Assembly: GCA_964406665.1 (NCBI GenBank)
Contig: CAYOSQ010000004.1
Location: 49,512-113,511, forward strand
Reading direction: 5' to 3'
Source of the DNA: an uncultured Planctomycetia bacterium
Lineage (GTDB): Bacteria; Omnitrophota; Gorgyraeia; VGKH01; JBHPFN01
Length of the DNA stretch: 64,000 bases
Of the stretch, positions 24,648 to 35,204 are shown one piece after another (position 1 is the first letter of the stretch; each line of letters begins with the position of its first letter). The notes under the pieces were generated by a model. It made no database searches. It saw only the letters and a program-made list of their open reading frames with translations, and had not been told where the DNA came from. A program made the translations under genes and the position numbers.

Positions 24648-25379
24648 ATGTTGAAAAAGATATTTTCATCTTTCCTGGATATCATTTATCCTAAAAATTG
24701 TCTGCTCTGCAAAAAGGCCCTAGAAGATAATTCTTCAAGTCTAACTGTTTGCGGAGCTTGTTTGGAAAAAAGCGAGAAAAACGTTCCTCCTTTCTGTATG
24801 AAATGCGGTATACAACTTAAAGGAAACGAAACTACACATAATATATGCAAAAAATGCCAAGATAAACCCCTTAGTTTTTCCCGTGGTTGGAGTGTTTTTC
24901 GATATCAAGGCGTAATAAAAAGATTATTGCACCTATTTAAATACAAGAATAAAACTTCTCTTAGAAAAGTCTTTGGAGAAATTTTATCTGATTTTGTTTA
25001 CTCTTACAATATACCAATTGATAACTTTGACTTGGCGGTTCCTGTACCTATGCATAATGTTAGATTGCGAGAGAGAGAATACAATCAAGCAGATTTACTG
25101 GCAGAAGAACTTGCAAAACGCTTTAACTTAAAACTATCAAAAAATAACTTAAGACGCGTGCGTAACACAAAACCTCAAATTAAGCTAAATGCAAGTTCAA
25201 GATGGCAAAATCTCCAAGGTGCCTTTGCAGTTAAGAACAAAAATGAATTCGAAAATAAAAATATCCTTCTACTTGATGATCTGTTTACTACCGGCGCAAC
25301 CACTTCTGCCGCAACAGAAGCACTGAAATCTGCCGGAGCACATGATGTTTCTGTGTTAACTTTAGCTATTGCAAAATGA
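24648..25379 (+). CDS. comF: ComF-family double zinc ribbon/phosphoribosyltransferase protein
   Basis: CxxC pairs, VPVPMH...REYNQA, LLLDDLFTTGAT. Confidence 0.9.
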   Translation: MLKKIFSSFLDIIYPKNCLLCKKALEDNSSSLTVCGACLEKSEKNVPPFCMKCGIQLKGNETTHNICKKCQDKPLSFSRGWSVFRYQGVIKRLLHLFKYKNKTSLRKVFGEILSDFVYSYNIPIDNFDLAVPVPMHNVRLREREYNQADLLAEELAKRFNLKLSKNNLRRVRNTKPQIKLNASSRWQNLQGAFAVKNKNEFENKNILLLDDLFTTGATTSAATEALKSAGAHDVSVLTLAIAK

Positions 25380-26464
25380 AAATATTAAGAAGCTATATAT
25401 TAAGAGAAGCCATTGGTCCATTTCTACTTTCGCTAGCTACGCTTACTTCCATACTTCTTCTGGGAAATCTCGTTCGCTTAGCTGAGATGGTAATCAACAA
25501 AGGTGTTAATCTAGTTTCTGTCTCAAAACTTTTCTTATATTTAATCCCCTCTCTTCTTCCCTACACAATGCCTCTTGCCTGCTTAGCGGGAACCCTTATG
25601 GCATTTAGCAGATTATCATCGGATAATGAAATCATTGCTATACGTGCTAGCGGATTAAACATCTTCAAAATAATATCTCCTTTGCTTATAATTGGTATCA
25701 TTTTAAGCCTGGGACTAATAGTTATGCATGACGTGGTAATTCCCCGTGCACATTATGAAACAAGAAAACTAGCAAAAGATATAGGTGTTAAAAATCCTGC
25801 GGCTGCGCTTGAGGCCGGTAGATTTATTAATTCTTTCAAAAGTCATATTCTCTTCATTTACCGAATTGAAGGCAATACACTTTATAACGTAAGGATTTAT
25901 CAACCTCAAGGAGAAGGAAAGCCCACACGCACAATTGTTGCAAAAAAGGGGGAATTTGTCTCTTTGCCTGAAAAAAATGCAATTAAGCTTAAACTTATTG
26001 ATGGGATTTCCGATGAACCGGATATAAAAAACCCGAGTAATTTTTATAAATTGAATTTCAAAAATTATTTTATCACTCTAGATCTTTCTGAAATGGATAA
26101 TAAAGCTGTTTCAAAAAAACCGGTCGACATGACTCTAAAAGAGCTAAAAAATGAGATGAAACATAAACCTTTATCACTGGCAACAGCCCCTTTTATTACA
26201 ATATTTCATAGAAAAGTAGCTATGTCTTTTTCTGTTTTAATTTTTATTCTTCTAGGAAGCACTGTCGCAATTATTGTTAGAAGAAGAGAAAAAGCTGCTA
26301 ATTTCGGATTAGCATTCCTTATATTTGCCTTTTACTATCTTTTTACCATGGGTTTCGAAGCTATAAGCCTTCAACTATACTTGAACCCTGCAATTGCTAT
26401 GTGGATGCCTAATGTCATTTTTGGCTCAATAGGCTTAATTCTTTTTTATAAATTATGCGCTTAA
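25376..26464 (+). CDS. lptF: LPS export ABC permease LptF
   Basis: YjgP/YjgQ family: RLSSDNEIIAIRASG, AMWMPN; first of the pair. Confidence 0.85.
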   Translation: MKILRSYILREAIGPFLLSLATLTSILLLGNLVRLAEMVINKGVNLVSVSKLFLYLIPSLLPYTMPLACLAGTLMAFSRLSSDNEIIAIRASGLNIFKIISPLLIIGIILSLGLIVMHDVVIPRAHYETRKLAKDIGVKNPAAALEAGRFINSFKSHILFIYRIEGNTLYNVRIYQPQGEGKPTRTIVAKKGEFVSLPEKNAIKLKLIDGISDEPDIKNPSNFYKLNFKNYFITLDLSEMDNKAVSKKPVDMTLKELKNEMKHKPLSLATAPFITIFHRKVAMSFSVLIFILLGSTVAIIVRRREKAANFGLAFLIFAFYYLFTMGFEAISLQLYLNPAIAMWMPNVIFGSIGLILFYKLCA

Positions 26465-27546
26465 TAGATAAATATATAATAAAATCTATAGTAAAATCAT
26501 TCTTAGGAATAGTAGGCGTATTCTTTTTTCTTTATATAATCATTGATATTTTCAATGCCTTGGAACAAATTATAGAGTTTAAGGTACCGCTAAAAATTTT
26601 AATTGATTACTATACGTCTTTTCTGCCCATCATTTTCATTCATACTTCTCCTGTTGCCTGTCTACTTTCAACATTATTTGTTTTATCAAAACTAAACAGC
26701 GGCAACGAAATTATTGCGCTTCGCTCTGCAGGATTAAATATCTGGCAAATAACAAAATCTACAATTTTGTTTGCCTGTATTATTAGTGCAATAATCTTAT
26801 GGGTCAACGAAAACGTTGTCCCCCAAGCAACAATGACAACCAACAGAATAAAAAATCAACACATAGAACCATACAGCGCCGAAAACAGAAAAGAAAAGAT
26901 ATACAATTTAGCTTTTTACGGACTAGAGAATAGGCTGTTTTTCATAAATTCTTTTGATCCAAAATTAAATACCCTAGAAGGTTTAACTATTCTAAAGCAT
27001 GACAGTAAGCAAAATTTGAGAAAAAAAATCTTCGCCCTACATTCTACCTGGGAAGAAGACAAATGGAAATGCGAAAAATGCCAGATTTATTATTATGATA
27101 TTCTTGATAAAGAATATGTAGATTTTTATGAAGAAAAATACCTGGATTTTCCAGAAACCCCAGAAGACCTTTTAATGCAACATCGACAGGTTTCTTTTAT
27201 GAATATAAGTCAACTTAAAGAATACATAGATAAACTAACATTCTCAGGAGCAAAATCGGTTATTCGCAACCTGAAAGTAGAACTCAATCAGAAATTTGCA
27301 TACCCCTTAAGCAACCTAATAATTGTATTAATGGGATTACCCTTTGCCCTAATGTCACGAAGAAGGAAAGCACTTACCTTTACTTCTTTAGGAATTTCTA
27401 TCGGAATAGGATTTATTTATTACGTGATTAATGCGGTTAGCATTGCTTTAGGTAAGCTGGGAGTATTCCATCCAATTATTGCTGCGTGGTTTGCCAATTT
27501 TGTGCTTTTATTTACTGCATTATATCTTATAAAGAAAGTTCATTAA
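26455..27546 (+). CDS. lptG: LPS export ABC permease LptG
   Basis: IDKYI, NEIIALRSAG, AAWFAN; second of the pair. Confidence 0.85.
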   Translation: MRLIDKYIIKSIVKSFLGIVGVFFFLYIIIDIFNALEQIIEFKVPLKILIDYYTSFLPIIFIHTSPVACLLSTLFVLSKLNSGNEIIALRSAGLNIWQITKSTILFACIISAIILWVNENVVPQATMTTNRIKNQHIEPYSAENRKEKIYNLAFYGLENRLFFINSFDPKLNTLEGLTILKHDSKQNLRKKIFALHSTWEEDKWKCEKCQIYYYDILDKEYVDFYEEKYLDFPETPEDLLMQHRQVSFMNISQLKEYIDKLTFSGAKSVIRNLKVELNQKFAYPLSNLIIVLMGLPFALMSRRRKALTFTSLGISIGIGFIYYVINAVSIALGKLGVFHPIIAAWFANFVLLFTALYLIKKVH

Positions 27547-27548
27547 TA

Positions 27549-28673
27549 TTACTTAAAAATTCTATTTTGAGTTTTCCCCGCAGAACATACAATCTCATAC
27601 GGAATGGTATCTGCTAAACCGGATAATTCTTCTGCACTTATATGATGCTTACCATCCTTTCCAAATAAAGTGGCAACATCATTAATCTTAACCTTGTTCT
27701 TCTTATCAATTTCCACCATGATTTGATCCATACAAACCCTACCTACGACCTTACATCTTTTTCCGTTTATTAGAACCTTGGCTTTATTTGAAAAAGCTCT
27801 AAAATATCCGTCGTTATAACCAACGGGTAAAGTTGCAATGGTTGTCTTCTTATTCGTTATAAAACTACGCCCATAACTTATTCCCCTTCCCGGAGGAACG
27901 GTTTTTACATACATAACCTGGGTCTTAAACTTCATTGCCGGCTTTAGCTTAACCTTTCCTGTTAAGCCTTTTTTAGGATAAATACCATACAGCATCAATC
28001 CGGGACGCACTAAATCAAAATAACTATTCTTAAAACTAATTACCGCCATACTATTTGCAGCATGATACAAAGGAATATCTATTCCATTTAATTCAATATT
28101 AGATTTAAGTTTTCTAAACCTACGTATCTGACTGTTGGTAAAACTTCTATCGGTATCAGCGGAGGGAAAATGTGTATATACCCCTTCAATTCTTAAATTG
28201 GGGAGCACATATATTTCTTTAATAAAATCAAGCGCTTGCTCATACCAAATGCCTAGCCTACCCATTCCAGTATCTATCTTTACATGAACTTTGGCAGTCT
28301 TTTTTCTCTTCTTCGCATAAGAGCTTATCTTATATGCTAAAGATAAAGTAGAGATTGTTACCGTTAGATTATTATTAACAACTTCTGAGGCATACTTAAC
28401 ATCAATACTCTCAAAGATAAGAATAGGTTTTTTTATTCCTGTTTTTCTCAATTGCAGAGCCTCATTAATACAGGCTACCCCGAAATAATCAGCACCGTTT
28501 TTTGAAAGACTTCTAGAAACTTCTTTTATTCCATGTCCATAAGCATCTGATTTTACTACAGCAAGAATCTTAACCTTAGGACCTACAATGCTTTTTGCCC
28601 GCTTAAAATTATACACGATAGCCTTAAGATCGATTTCAAGCCATGTGGGACGGTATAGTAAAAAATTAATCAT
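27549..28673 (-). CDS. alr: Alanine racemase
   Basis: AVVKSDAYGHG PLP lysine, KIDTGMGRLG, VRPGLMLYG, GRVCMDQ, TIPYE. Confidence 0.96.
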   Translation of the reverse strand: MINFLLYRPTWLEIDLKAIVYNFKRAKSIVGPKVKILAVVKSDAYGHGIKEVSRSLSKNGADYFGVACINEALQLRKTGIKKPILIFESIDVKYASEVVNNNLTVTISTLSLAYKISSYAKKRKKTAKVHVKIDTGMGRLGIWYEQALDFIKEIYVLPNLRIEGVYTHFPSADTDRSFTNSQIRRFRKLKSNIELNGIDIPLYHAANSMAVISFKNSYFDLVRPGLMLYGIYPKKGLTGKVKLKPAMKFKTQVMYVKTVPPGRGISYGRSFITNKKTTIATLPVGYNDGYFRAFSNKAKVLINGKRCKVVGRVCMDQIMVEIDKKNKVKINDVATLFGKDGKHHISAEELSGLADTIPYEIVCSAGKTQNRIFK

Positions 28674-28674
28674 A

Positions 28675-29358
28675 TTATTTTTTCTTTCTTATCTGACATT
28701 CTTTTGGAAAAAGATACATGGGAACTATTTTTTTAGGATCCTTTTTCTTTAATCTATTATACCTCTGTTTAGCTAATAATACCAAGTTGCCTGCTCTAGG
28801 AAACCATGAGTCGTTATCAGTAAAATTTGCTAATCTACCTAACCTTCTTTTAATATTTTTTTCATACAAACATATACCATCTCCAATAAAGGTAGTTGAA
28901 TGCTTTATTTTATTTAGAACACTATCTATTTCCTCCAATAAATAATTACTTTGTCTAATTATTTTATTATCAGAAAGCTTGTATATACATGCATAAACTT
29001 TATTCTGTTTGGCATCGATGATTGGACAAACATGTTGTTGTCTGGACATTGCATTCAACACAATAACATCTAGAGAAGGTATGCCAATAATTGGCTTTGA
29101 AAAAGCAAATGATAATCCCTTAACCGCACTTACACCAATTCTCAAACCAGTAAAAGATCCAGGCCCTAAACCTACAGCAAAAGAATCTATTGCGCCCAAT
29201 TCAACCTTGGTTCTCTTAAGCAAATTCTTAATGCTAGGTATTAGCAAATTAGAAGCTTGCCCTTTAAGATTAATATTATATTCACCAACTATCTTTTCGT
29301 TATCTAGAATAGCGACACTTAAATTACTAGTTGAAGTTTCAACGCCTAATATTTTCAT
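28675..29358 (-). CDS. tsaB: t6A biosynthesis protein TsaB
   Basis: ILGVETST, GPGSFTGLRIG, IDAK. Confidence 0.93.
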   Translation of the reverse strand: MKILGVETSTSNLSVAILDNEKIVGEYNINLKGQASNLLIPSIKNLLKRTKVELGAIDSFAVGLGPGSFTGLRIGVSAVKGLSFAFSKPIIGIPSLDVIVLNAMSRQQHVCPIIDAKQNKVYACIYKLSDNKIIRQSNYLLEEIDSVLNKIKHSTTFIGDGICLYEKNIKRRLGRLANFTDNDSWFPRAGNLVLLAKQRYNRLKKKDPKKIVPMYLFPKECQIRKKK

Positions 29359-29804
29359 AATTTCGCCATAAATCTTTTACAAATCTTACCTTTTGGTAAA
29401 ATTTTAATGCTACGCTGATTATTGCCTTTTAACTCAAACTCTATCTTAAGATGCTCTTTTGGTAAATAATCATCCATCCTCTCAGCCCATTCTATGACTA
29501 TCACACCCCCTGAAGAGATATATTCTTGAAAACCTACATTAAAAATTTCTCTAGGATCTTTTACCCTATAAAGGTCAAAATGATAAAGTGGAAATCTACC
29601 CTTGTATTCTTTAAGAAGTACAAAAGAAGGGCTGCTAACATCATGCTTATCAATACCTAAACCGGCGGCTAAACCTTTAGTGAAAGTAGTTTTACCTGAC
29701 CCTAAAGTTCCATAAAGTGCTAATATATCATTTTTTCTTAGAGCTTTGGCAATCTTTTCCCCCAATGCTGTTGTCTGCTTAGGAGAATTAGTAATAATTT
29801 TCAT
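29355..29804 (-). CDS. tsaE: t6A biosynthesis ATPase TsaE
   Basis: GTLGSGKTT, SSPSF, HFDLYR, IEWA. Confidence 0.95.
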   Translation of the reverse strand: MKIITNSPKQTTALGEKIAKALRKNDILALYGTLGSGKTTFTKGLAAGLGIDKHDVSSPSFVLLKEYKGRFPLYHFDLYRVKDPREIFNVGFQEYISSGGVIVIEWAERMDDYLPKEHLKIEFELKGNNQRSIKILPKGKICKRFMAKL

Positions 29805-30727
29805 CAGAAGTGCAAATAACCTTTCGGAGTAATTTCTTTTTCTATACCATTTTTTTGAACAAGCTTTATTCCTTGTATTTTTTTAGTAATTAACCCGATT
29901 TTCTTTATTGAAAAACTGGTTTTTTTGTTTTTTAATTTGCTATTAAGCTTCTTTTCTCTGGACTTTGGTAAAGTAAATAGTAATTCAAAATCTTCTCCAT
30001 CAAAAAACGCATTTTTAAGGCTACAACCATTTTTTTTAGGTATTAAAGATTCACTAATCAAAGCCCCTGCGTTGCTAGAATTAACTATACGACTTAAATC
30101 TAAAATCAATCCGTCAGAAATATCTATCATGGAACTTGGTTTAGAATTCTCAACCAACCATCTGGCTTCTTTTATTTTAGGAACAAAACTAAAATGTTTA
30201 CCAGACTTAAGTGATCCTCCAAGTGAACCAGTTACAAAAATGGAATCTCCAGGCTTAGCGGTACTACGCAAAACAACATTTTTCTTCTCAACCAAGCCAA
30301 ATAAGCAAATATTTATTATTATCTTATTAGAATGATTAGTGTCTCCTCCTACTATGCTTATGTTAAATTGCCTGGCTAACGCAACTATCCCTTTGAGTAT
30401 TTCTTCTGCAAACTTAACATTTGTTCTCTTGGGCAATCCAACAGAAATAACTGCATACTTAGGAATTCCCCCCATGGCTGCAATATCGCTAATATTACAG
30501 GCCAGGGCTTTTCTACCGATATGCTTAGGACTTAAACTTTTTTTGAAGTGAATATTTTCAATTAACATATCTGTTGTCACAAGCAAATAGTTTTCTTTAT
30601 CAAATTTCAATATGGCAGTATCATCACCTATGCCTTTGACCACAGAAGAATCAACTCGGCAAAACTTATCGATTAATTTTATAAAATCATCTTCGCCAAT
30701 ATCAGCCAACAACTTTCTTTTATTCAT
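29804..30727 (-). CDS. thiL: Thiamine-monophosphate kinase
   Basis: GIGDDTA, NISDIAAMGG, GGDT, IDISDGL, GEDFELLF. Confidence 0.95.
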   Translation of the reverse strand: MNKRKLLADIGEDDFIKLIDKFCRVDSSVVKGIGDDTAILKFDKENYLLVTTDMLIENIHFKKSLSPKHIGRKALACNISDIAAMGGIPKYAVISVGLPKRTNVKFAEEILKGIVALARQFNISIVGGDTNHSNKIIINICLFGLVEKKNVVLRSTAKPGDSIFVTGSLGGSLKSGKHFSFVPKIKEARWLVENSKPSSMIDISDGLILDLSRIVNSSNAGALISESLIPKKNGCSLKNAFFDGEDFELLFTLPKSREKKLNSKLKNKKTSFSIKKIGLITKKIQGIKLVQKNGIEKEITPKGYLHF

Positions 30728-31764
30728 TACTTATTTAAGACTTTCTTTATATTCTTCTTAAAATTAGGATAAACTATTCCACGTTCAGTTATTATAGCCG
30801 AAATCAGATTATGCGAAGTAACATCAAAGGCAGGATTATACACTTGGATACGATTTCTTATTACTGGCTTATTATTAAAATGTGTTACTTCTCTGTCCTT
30901 CCTTTCTTCAATAGGAATATATTTCCCACTAGCCAATGACAAATCAAAGGTAGACGAAGGCGCAACTACATAAAATGGAATTTTGAATCTATTGGCCAAC
31001 ACTGCCAAATGATAAGTACCTATCTTATTAGCCGTATCGCCATTTGATGCAATACGGTCCGCACCAGTAAAAATTTTGTTTATTTTTTTGTTTTTCATAA
31101 GTTGAGCTACCATACTTTCACAAATAAGCGTTACATCAATTTTCTGCCTATTAAGCTCCCAGGTAGTTAACCGCGCACCTTGCAAAAGTGGTCTAGTCTC
31201 GCAGGCATAAACATTAAAAGATTTATGCTGAGCATTAGCCTTATACATAACTGCAAGCGCTGTACCATAATCTGAAGTAGCAAGTGCGCCTGCATTACAG
31301 ACAGTTAAAACAGCGTCTTTCTTACCAATTAACCTAGCTCCATAAGCACCTAAACTACGGCACATTGAACGATCCTCGTTAAATATGCTATTTGCCTCCC
31401 TAAATAAGATATTTTTTAATTCTTTAATGTTTTTATCCTTATTGTTAGAGACGGCGCTTTCCATTCTCTTAAGCGCCCAGAAAAGATTAACCGCTGTCGG
31501 ACGTGAAGTTGCTAAATATTTTGTTACACTATCTAAATGTTTTTTGAAATTAGCATAACTCTTTTGCTTAGAGTCTTTAATTCCAAGATACGTTCCGAAT
31601 GCCGCAGCTACCCCAATTGCCGGAGCGCCCCTCACCTGAAGAGTTTTGATAGCATTCCATAAGGATTTAATGTTCCTACAATAAACATAGCTTAATTTTT
31701 CTGGTAGTTTTGTCTGATCAATAATCCTAATGGAATTTTTGTGCCACTTTATCGTAGGAATCAT
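30727..31764 (-). CDS. mtnA: Methylthioribose-1-phosphate isomerase
   Basis: VRGAPAIG, SRPTAVNL, CNAGALAT, ETRPLLQGARLT, NGDTANKIGT, NPAFDVT. Confidence 0.95.
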   Translation of the reverse strand: MIPTIKWHKNSIRIIDQTKLPEKLSYVYCRNIKSLWNAIKTLQVRGAPAIGVAAAFGTYLGIKDSKQKSYANFKKHLDSVTKYLATSRPTAVNLFWALKRMESAVSNNKDKNIKELKNILFREANSIFNEDRSMCRSLGAYGARLIGKKDAVLTVCNAGALATSDYGTALAVMYKANAQHKSFNVYACETRPLLQGARLTTWELNRQKIDVTLICESMVAQLMKNKKINKIFTGADRIASNGDTANKIGTYHLAVLANRFKIPFYVVAPSSTFDLSLASGKYIPIEERKDREVTHFNNKPVIRNRIQVYNPAFDVTSHNLISAIITERGIVYPNFKKNIKKVLNK

Positions 31765-32918
31765 TTCGAAAATAAACTAGCTATTTTTCTTACTAAATTA
31801 AAAATTGGATGAAGAATCTTCGCTCCAGTATTTTTCTCAATTATAACTGCGCCTTCCGGACAAAGTTCTTTACAACACATGCATAATACGCATTTTTTGT
31901 AATCAATTTTTGCACAGCGCTTAGTTACAGTTATTGCCGAAACAGGGCAAGCTTTCTTGCAAATACCGCAACGTACACATTTATTTTCTACAACGTGAGG
32001 CCTAAATACTATTAAATGTCCTACAATACCTAAAATTGGCCCTGGCATTTTATTAATTACAGAATTTTGAGGTAACTTATAGTCAGGAACAATAACATCT
32101 TTTAATTTCTCACCCAATACTTCTATTTCATTGATTGAACTTATGCCAAGATTTCTTTTCGCAGCTTCTCTAGTCGCAAGAACATCATCCGGTGCAATTC
32201 CCATAATCGCTGCTATAATACTATCTATTGCTACAGCATCAACACCAGCTAAAACTAAACCAAGTTTACGGGCAATTCCACCCGAAGCCGGCCCATCGCC
32301 CTCTAAAGAAAGTACTCCATCAACTATAGAAAGAGTTGGTTTGATCAAAGAGTAAATATCTACTAAAAGCGGAGCAAAATCTTTTGACCTCAATCCTTTT
32401 CTGTGTAAATCTGTTTTAGATAAACCGGGGATCAAACCAAAAAGATTCTTTATAGCCCCAGTTAAAATTGTTAAATCGTGAGTCTTGAATTTCGGCAAAG
32501 ATACTATTTTATTACATTTTTCTATCCAATCAGTAAATACATAACCTTGGCGAATTATGCTTTTATCAAACTTCACAAGATTAATTTTTTCTTCTTGAGC
32601 AACTTTCTTTACACCGGTTTTTTCGTAGACATTATCAACATCCTCCGGACTACCCCATACACTTGGCCCATCACCAATAAAAAGCTCTGCATTTGTCTCT
32701 TTTAAAAGTTTGATTACTGCACGGATAAATTCGGGATGTGTATCAATACCTCTTTCGGGTTCAACTGCCGCAAGTAAATTTGGTTTGATCAAAACTTTAT
32801 CTTTTGGCTTAATAAATTTCGATATGCCACCAATTAAATCTACAGATTCCCCGATAGCTGAAAGAAGTTTTTCAGGATCGTAATTTTCACATTTTACAAT
32901 TGAAACTTTAGAACTCAT
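31761..32918 (-). CDS. DUF362 protein with C-terminal 2x[4Fe-4S] ferredoxin domain
   Basis: IKPNLL, THP, PKFKTH, GAIKNLFG, EGDGP; CVRCGICKKACP and CVLCMCCKELCP. Confidence 0.88.
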   Translation of the reverse strand: MSSKVSIVKCENYDPEKLLSAIGESVDLIGGISKFIKPKDKVLIKPNLLAAVEPERGIDTHPEFIRAVIKLLKETNAELFIGDGPSVWGSPEDVDNVYEKTGVKKVAQEEKINLVKFDKSIIRQGYVFTDWIEKCNKIVSLPKFKTHDLTILTGAIKNLFGLIPGLSKTDLHRKGLRSKDFAPLLVDIYSLIKPTLSIVDGVLSLEGDGPASGGIARKLGLVLAGVDAVAIDSIIAAIMGIAPDDVLATREAAKRNLGISSINEIEVLGEKLKDVIVPDYKLPQNSVINKMPGPILGIVGHLIVFRPHVVENKCVRCGICKKACPVSAITVTKRCAKIDYKKCVLCMCCKELCPEGAVIIEKNTGAKILHPIFNLVRKIASLFSK

Positions 32919-32928
32919 AAGAAAGGAT

Positions 32929-34422
32929 TTACTTCTGCTCTATTCTTGGGAATAACGGTTTGCCTTTTTTAATTTTGTCTTTACCGAACTGCGCTCTAAT
33001 AGAATCAGCTGTTGCAGGCATAAAAGGTGCTATATTTTCAGTTACAGCATTAATAACGTCTACTAAAACCACAATAAACTCTTTAAGCTCTTTCTTCCTG
33101 TCTTCTTTAAATAAAATCCAGGGCTTAGTATCCTCAACATATTTATTTGCTAAATTAATAAGCTCCCATATCGGCTCTAGTGCCGGAGAAAAATTGTATT
33201 CTCCGGATAAACCCATATAAGCTGCAATCCTTGAATCAAGATTTTTGATCGCCCCCTCTATTGCCTCTGATAAAAAGTTTGCAGTTTGTCCTTTTTCAGG
33301 AATAATTCCTTGAAAATATTTCTCAATCATCGTAAGAGTTCTATAAACAAAATTGCCTAAATCATTTGCCAGGTCGCCATTTAGCCGTTTTACAATCGCT
33401 TCTTCTGAAAAGTTTCCGTCGGCACCAAAAGGAACATCTTTAAGTAAAAAATAGCGGTATACATCTATGCCGTATTTCTCAATCATCGCAAGTGGAGAAA
33501 CAACGTTTCCAATAGATTTAGACATTTTGCTTTCATCTATCAACCACCATCCATGTGCCAAAATCGTTCTTGGCGGCTCGATATTTAATGCATGTAGCAT
33601 AATAGGCCAATAAACAGCATGCTGCCTTAGAATATCTTTTCCTATCATATGCACATCGGCAGGCCACCACTGAGATTTATAATTAGCCTTATCATCAAAA
33701 CTTCCCACAGCGCTTATATAATTTATTAAAGCATCAAACCAGACATAAGTAACATGCTGCGGACTAAAAGTAAGCGGTATTCCCCAGTTTAAACGCTCTT
33801 TAGGTCGGGAAACACACAAATCAGTTAACTTGTTTAATTTCAAAAAGCTTAGAACTTCTTCTCTGCGACTTGCAGGCTTAATAAATTCATCATGCTTGTT
33901 AATATAATCAATTAACCAATCCTGGTGCTTAGATAGGCTGAAGAAATAATTCTTTTCGGTAATTTTCTCAAGTGGCCTCTTACAATCGGGGCAATTCTGA
34001 TCTTGTGTTTGAGTTTCAGGCCAAAAAGTTTCACAGGGGGTGCAATACCAGCCGGTATAAGTTCCTTCTTTTAGCTCACCTTTTTCTTTTAATATCTCTA
34101 ATACCCTCTGAACAAACCTTACGTGTCTTTCTTCAGTAGTGCGAATAAAATCATCGTTAGAAATATTCAATTTATTCCATAAGCCCTTAAATACCGAAAC
34201 TGCTTCATCAGCAAACTGTATAGGCTCCTGCCCCTTAGCTTCAGCAGCCTGCTGAATCTTCTGACCGTGCTCATCTGTGCCGGTTAAAAAATGAACCTTA
34301 CAATCCTTATTTCTGTAGTATCTTGCAAGGCAATCAACTGCAATATTAGTATATGAATGACCTATATGCGGCGAAGCATTTACATAATAAAGCGGTGTTG
34401 TTATGTAAAATTTTTCTCTCAT
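32929..34422 (-). CDS. metG: Methionyl-tRNA synthetase (short form)
   Basis: YYVNASPHIGH, TGTDEHGQK, YVWFDAL, KMSKS. Confidence 0.97.
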   Translation of the reverse strand: MREKFYITTPLYYVNASPHIGHSYTNIAVDCLARYYRNKDCKVHFLTGTDEHGQKIQQAAEAKGQEPIQFADEAVSVFKGLWNKLNISNDDFIRTTEERHVRFVQRVLEILKEKGELKEGTYTGWYCTPCETFWPETQTQDQNCPDCKRPLEKITEKNYFFSLSKHQDWLIDYINKHDEFIKPASRREEVLSFLKLNKLTDLCVSRPKERLNWGIPLTFSPQHVTYVWFDALINYISAVGSFDDKANYKSQWWPADVHMIGKDILRQHAVYWPIMLHALNIEPPRTILAHGWWLIDESKMSKSIGNVVSPLAMIEKYGIDVYRYFLLKDVPFGADGNFSEEAIVKRLNGDLANDLGNFVYRTLTMIEKYFQGIIPEKGQTANFLSEAIEGAIKNLDSRIAAYMGLSGEYNFSPALEPIWELINLANKYVEDTKPWILFKEDRKKELKEFIVVLVDVINAVTENIAPFMPATADSIRAQFGKDKIKKGKPLFPRIEQK

Positions 34423-35204
34423 TTAAATTTTACCTCTACATGCTTACCCTGAGAACCGACTTCAGCAATAACTGAACGCTTAAGGATATTCACACTTATA
34501 ACTTTTGCTTTACCATCGGGAGTATTAATTTTATCTCCTTCTTTTGGCAACTCTTTAGAAAAAGCCTTATAAGTCTTAAATTCATATGAGAGACAACACA
34601 TAAGCCTGCCGCATACACCAGAAATCTTAGGAGGATTTAATGGTAGTCCCTGCTCCTTTGCCATGCGTATTGTAACTGGTTCAAAATCTTTCAAGAATTT
34701 TGCACAGCACAACGACCTCCCGCAACAGCCGAAACCCCCGAATAGCTTTGCCTCGTCCCTAACGCCAATTTGCCTTAGTTCAATCCTAGCTCTGAAAATC
34801 TTAGCCAAATCCTTTACAAGTGCGCGAAAATCAATTCTTCCTTGTGCTGTAAAATAGAATATAATTTTAGTTCTATCAAATGAATACTCTGCATCCACAA
34901 GTTTCATATCTAACTTATGTTCCTCAATCTTTTTTAAACAAGTACTAATAACTTCTTTTATCTTTATTTTATTATCCTTGATGTGCTTTAAGTCATTAGC
35001 TGATGCAACGCGAACAATCTTTCTTAAGGGCTCATCGGGTTTCTCGTCAGGCAATGGTTCAGGATCTGAAATTACCTGTCCGTAATCTTGACCTCTTTCC
35101 GCTTCAACTATGACATAATCATTAATCTTAAGAGTAAAACCTTCAGGATTAAAAAACTCAACCGCACCTGATTCTCTTAATCTAATCTGTATTATTTTTT
35201 CCAT
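34419..35204 (-). CDS. PSP1/YaaT (RicT) family protein
   Basis: RIDFRALVKDL, RIELRQIGVRDEA, CGRSLCC, SGVCGRLMCCL. Confidence 0.92.
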   Translation of the reverse strand: MEKIIQIRLRESGAVEFFNPEGFTLKINDYVIVEAERGQDYGQVISDPEPLPDEKPDEPLRKIVRVASANDLKHIKDNKIKIKEVISTCLKKIEEHKLDMKLVDAEYSFDRTKIIFYFTAQGRIDFRALVKDLAKIFRARIELRQIGVRDEAKLFGGFGCCGRSLCCAKFLKDFEPVTIRMAKEQGLPLNPPKISGVCGRLMCCLSYEFKTYKAFSKELPKEGDKINTPDGKAKVISVNILKRSVIAEVGSQGKHVEVKFK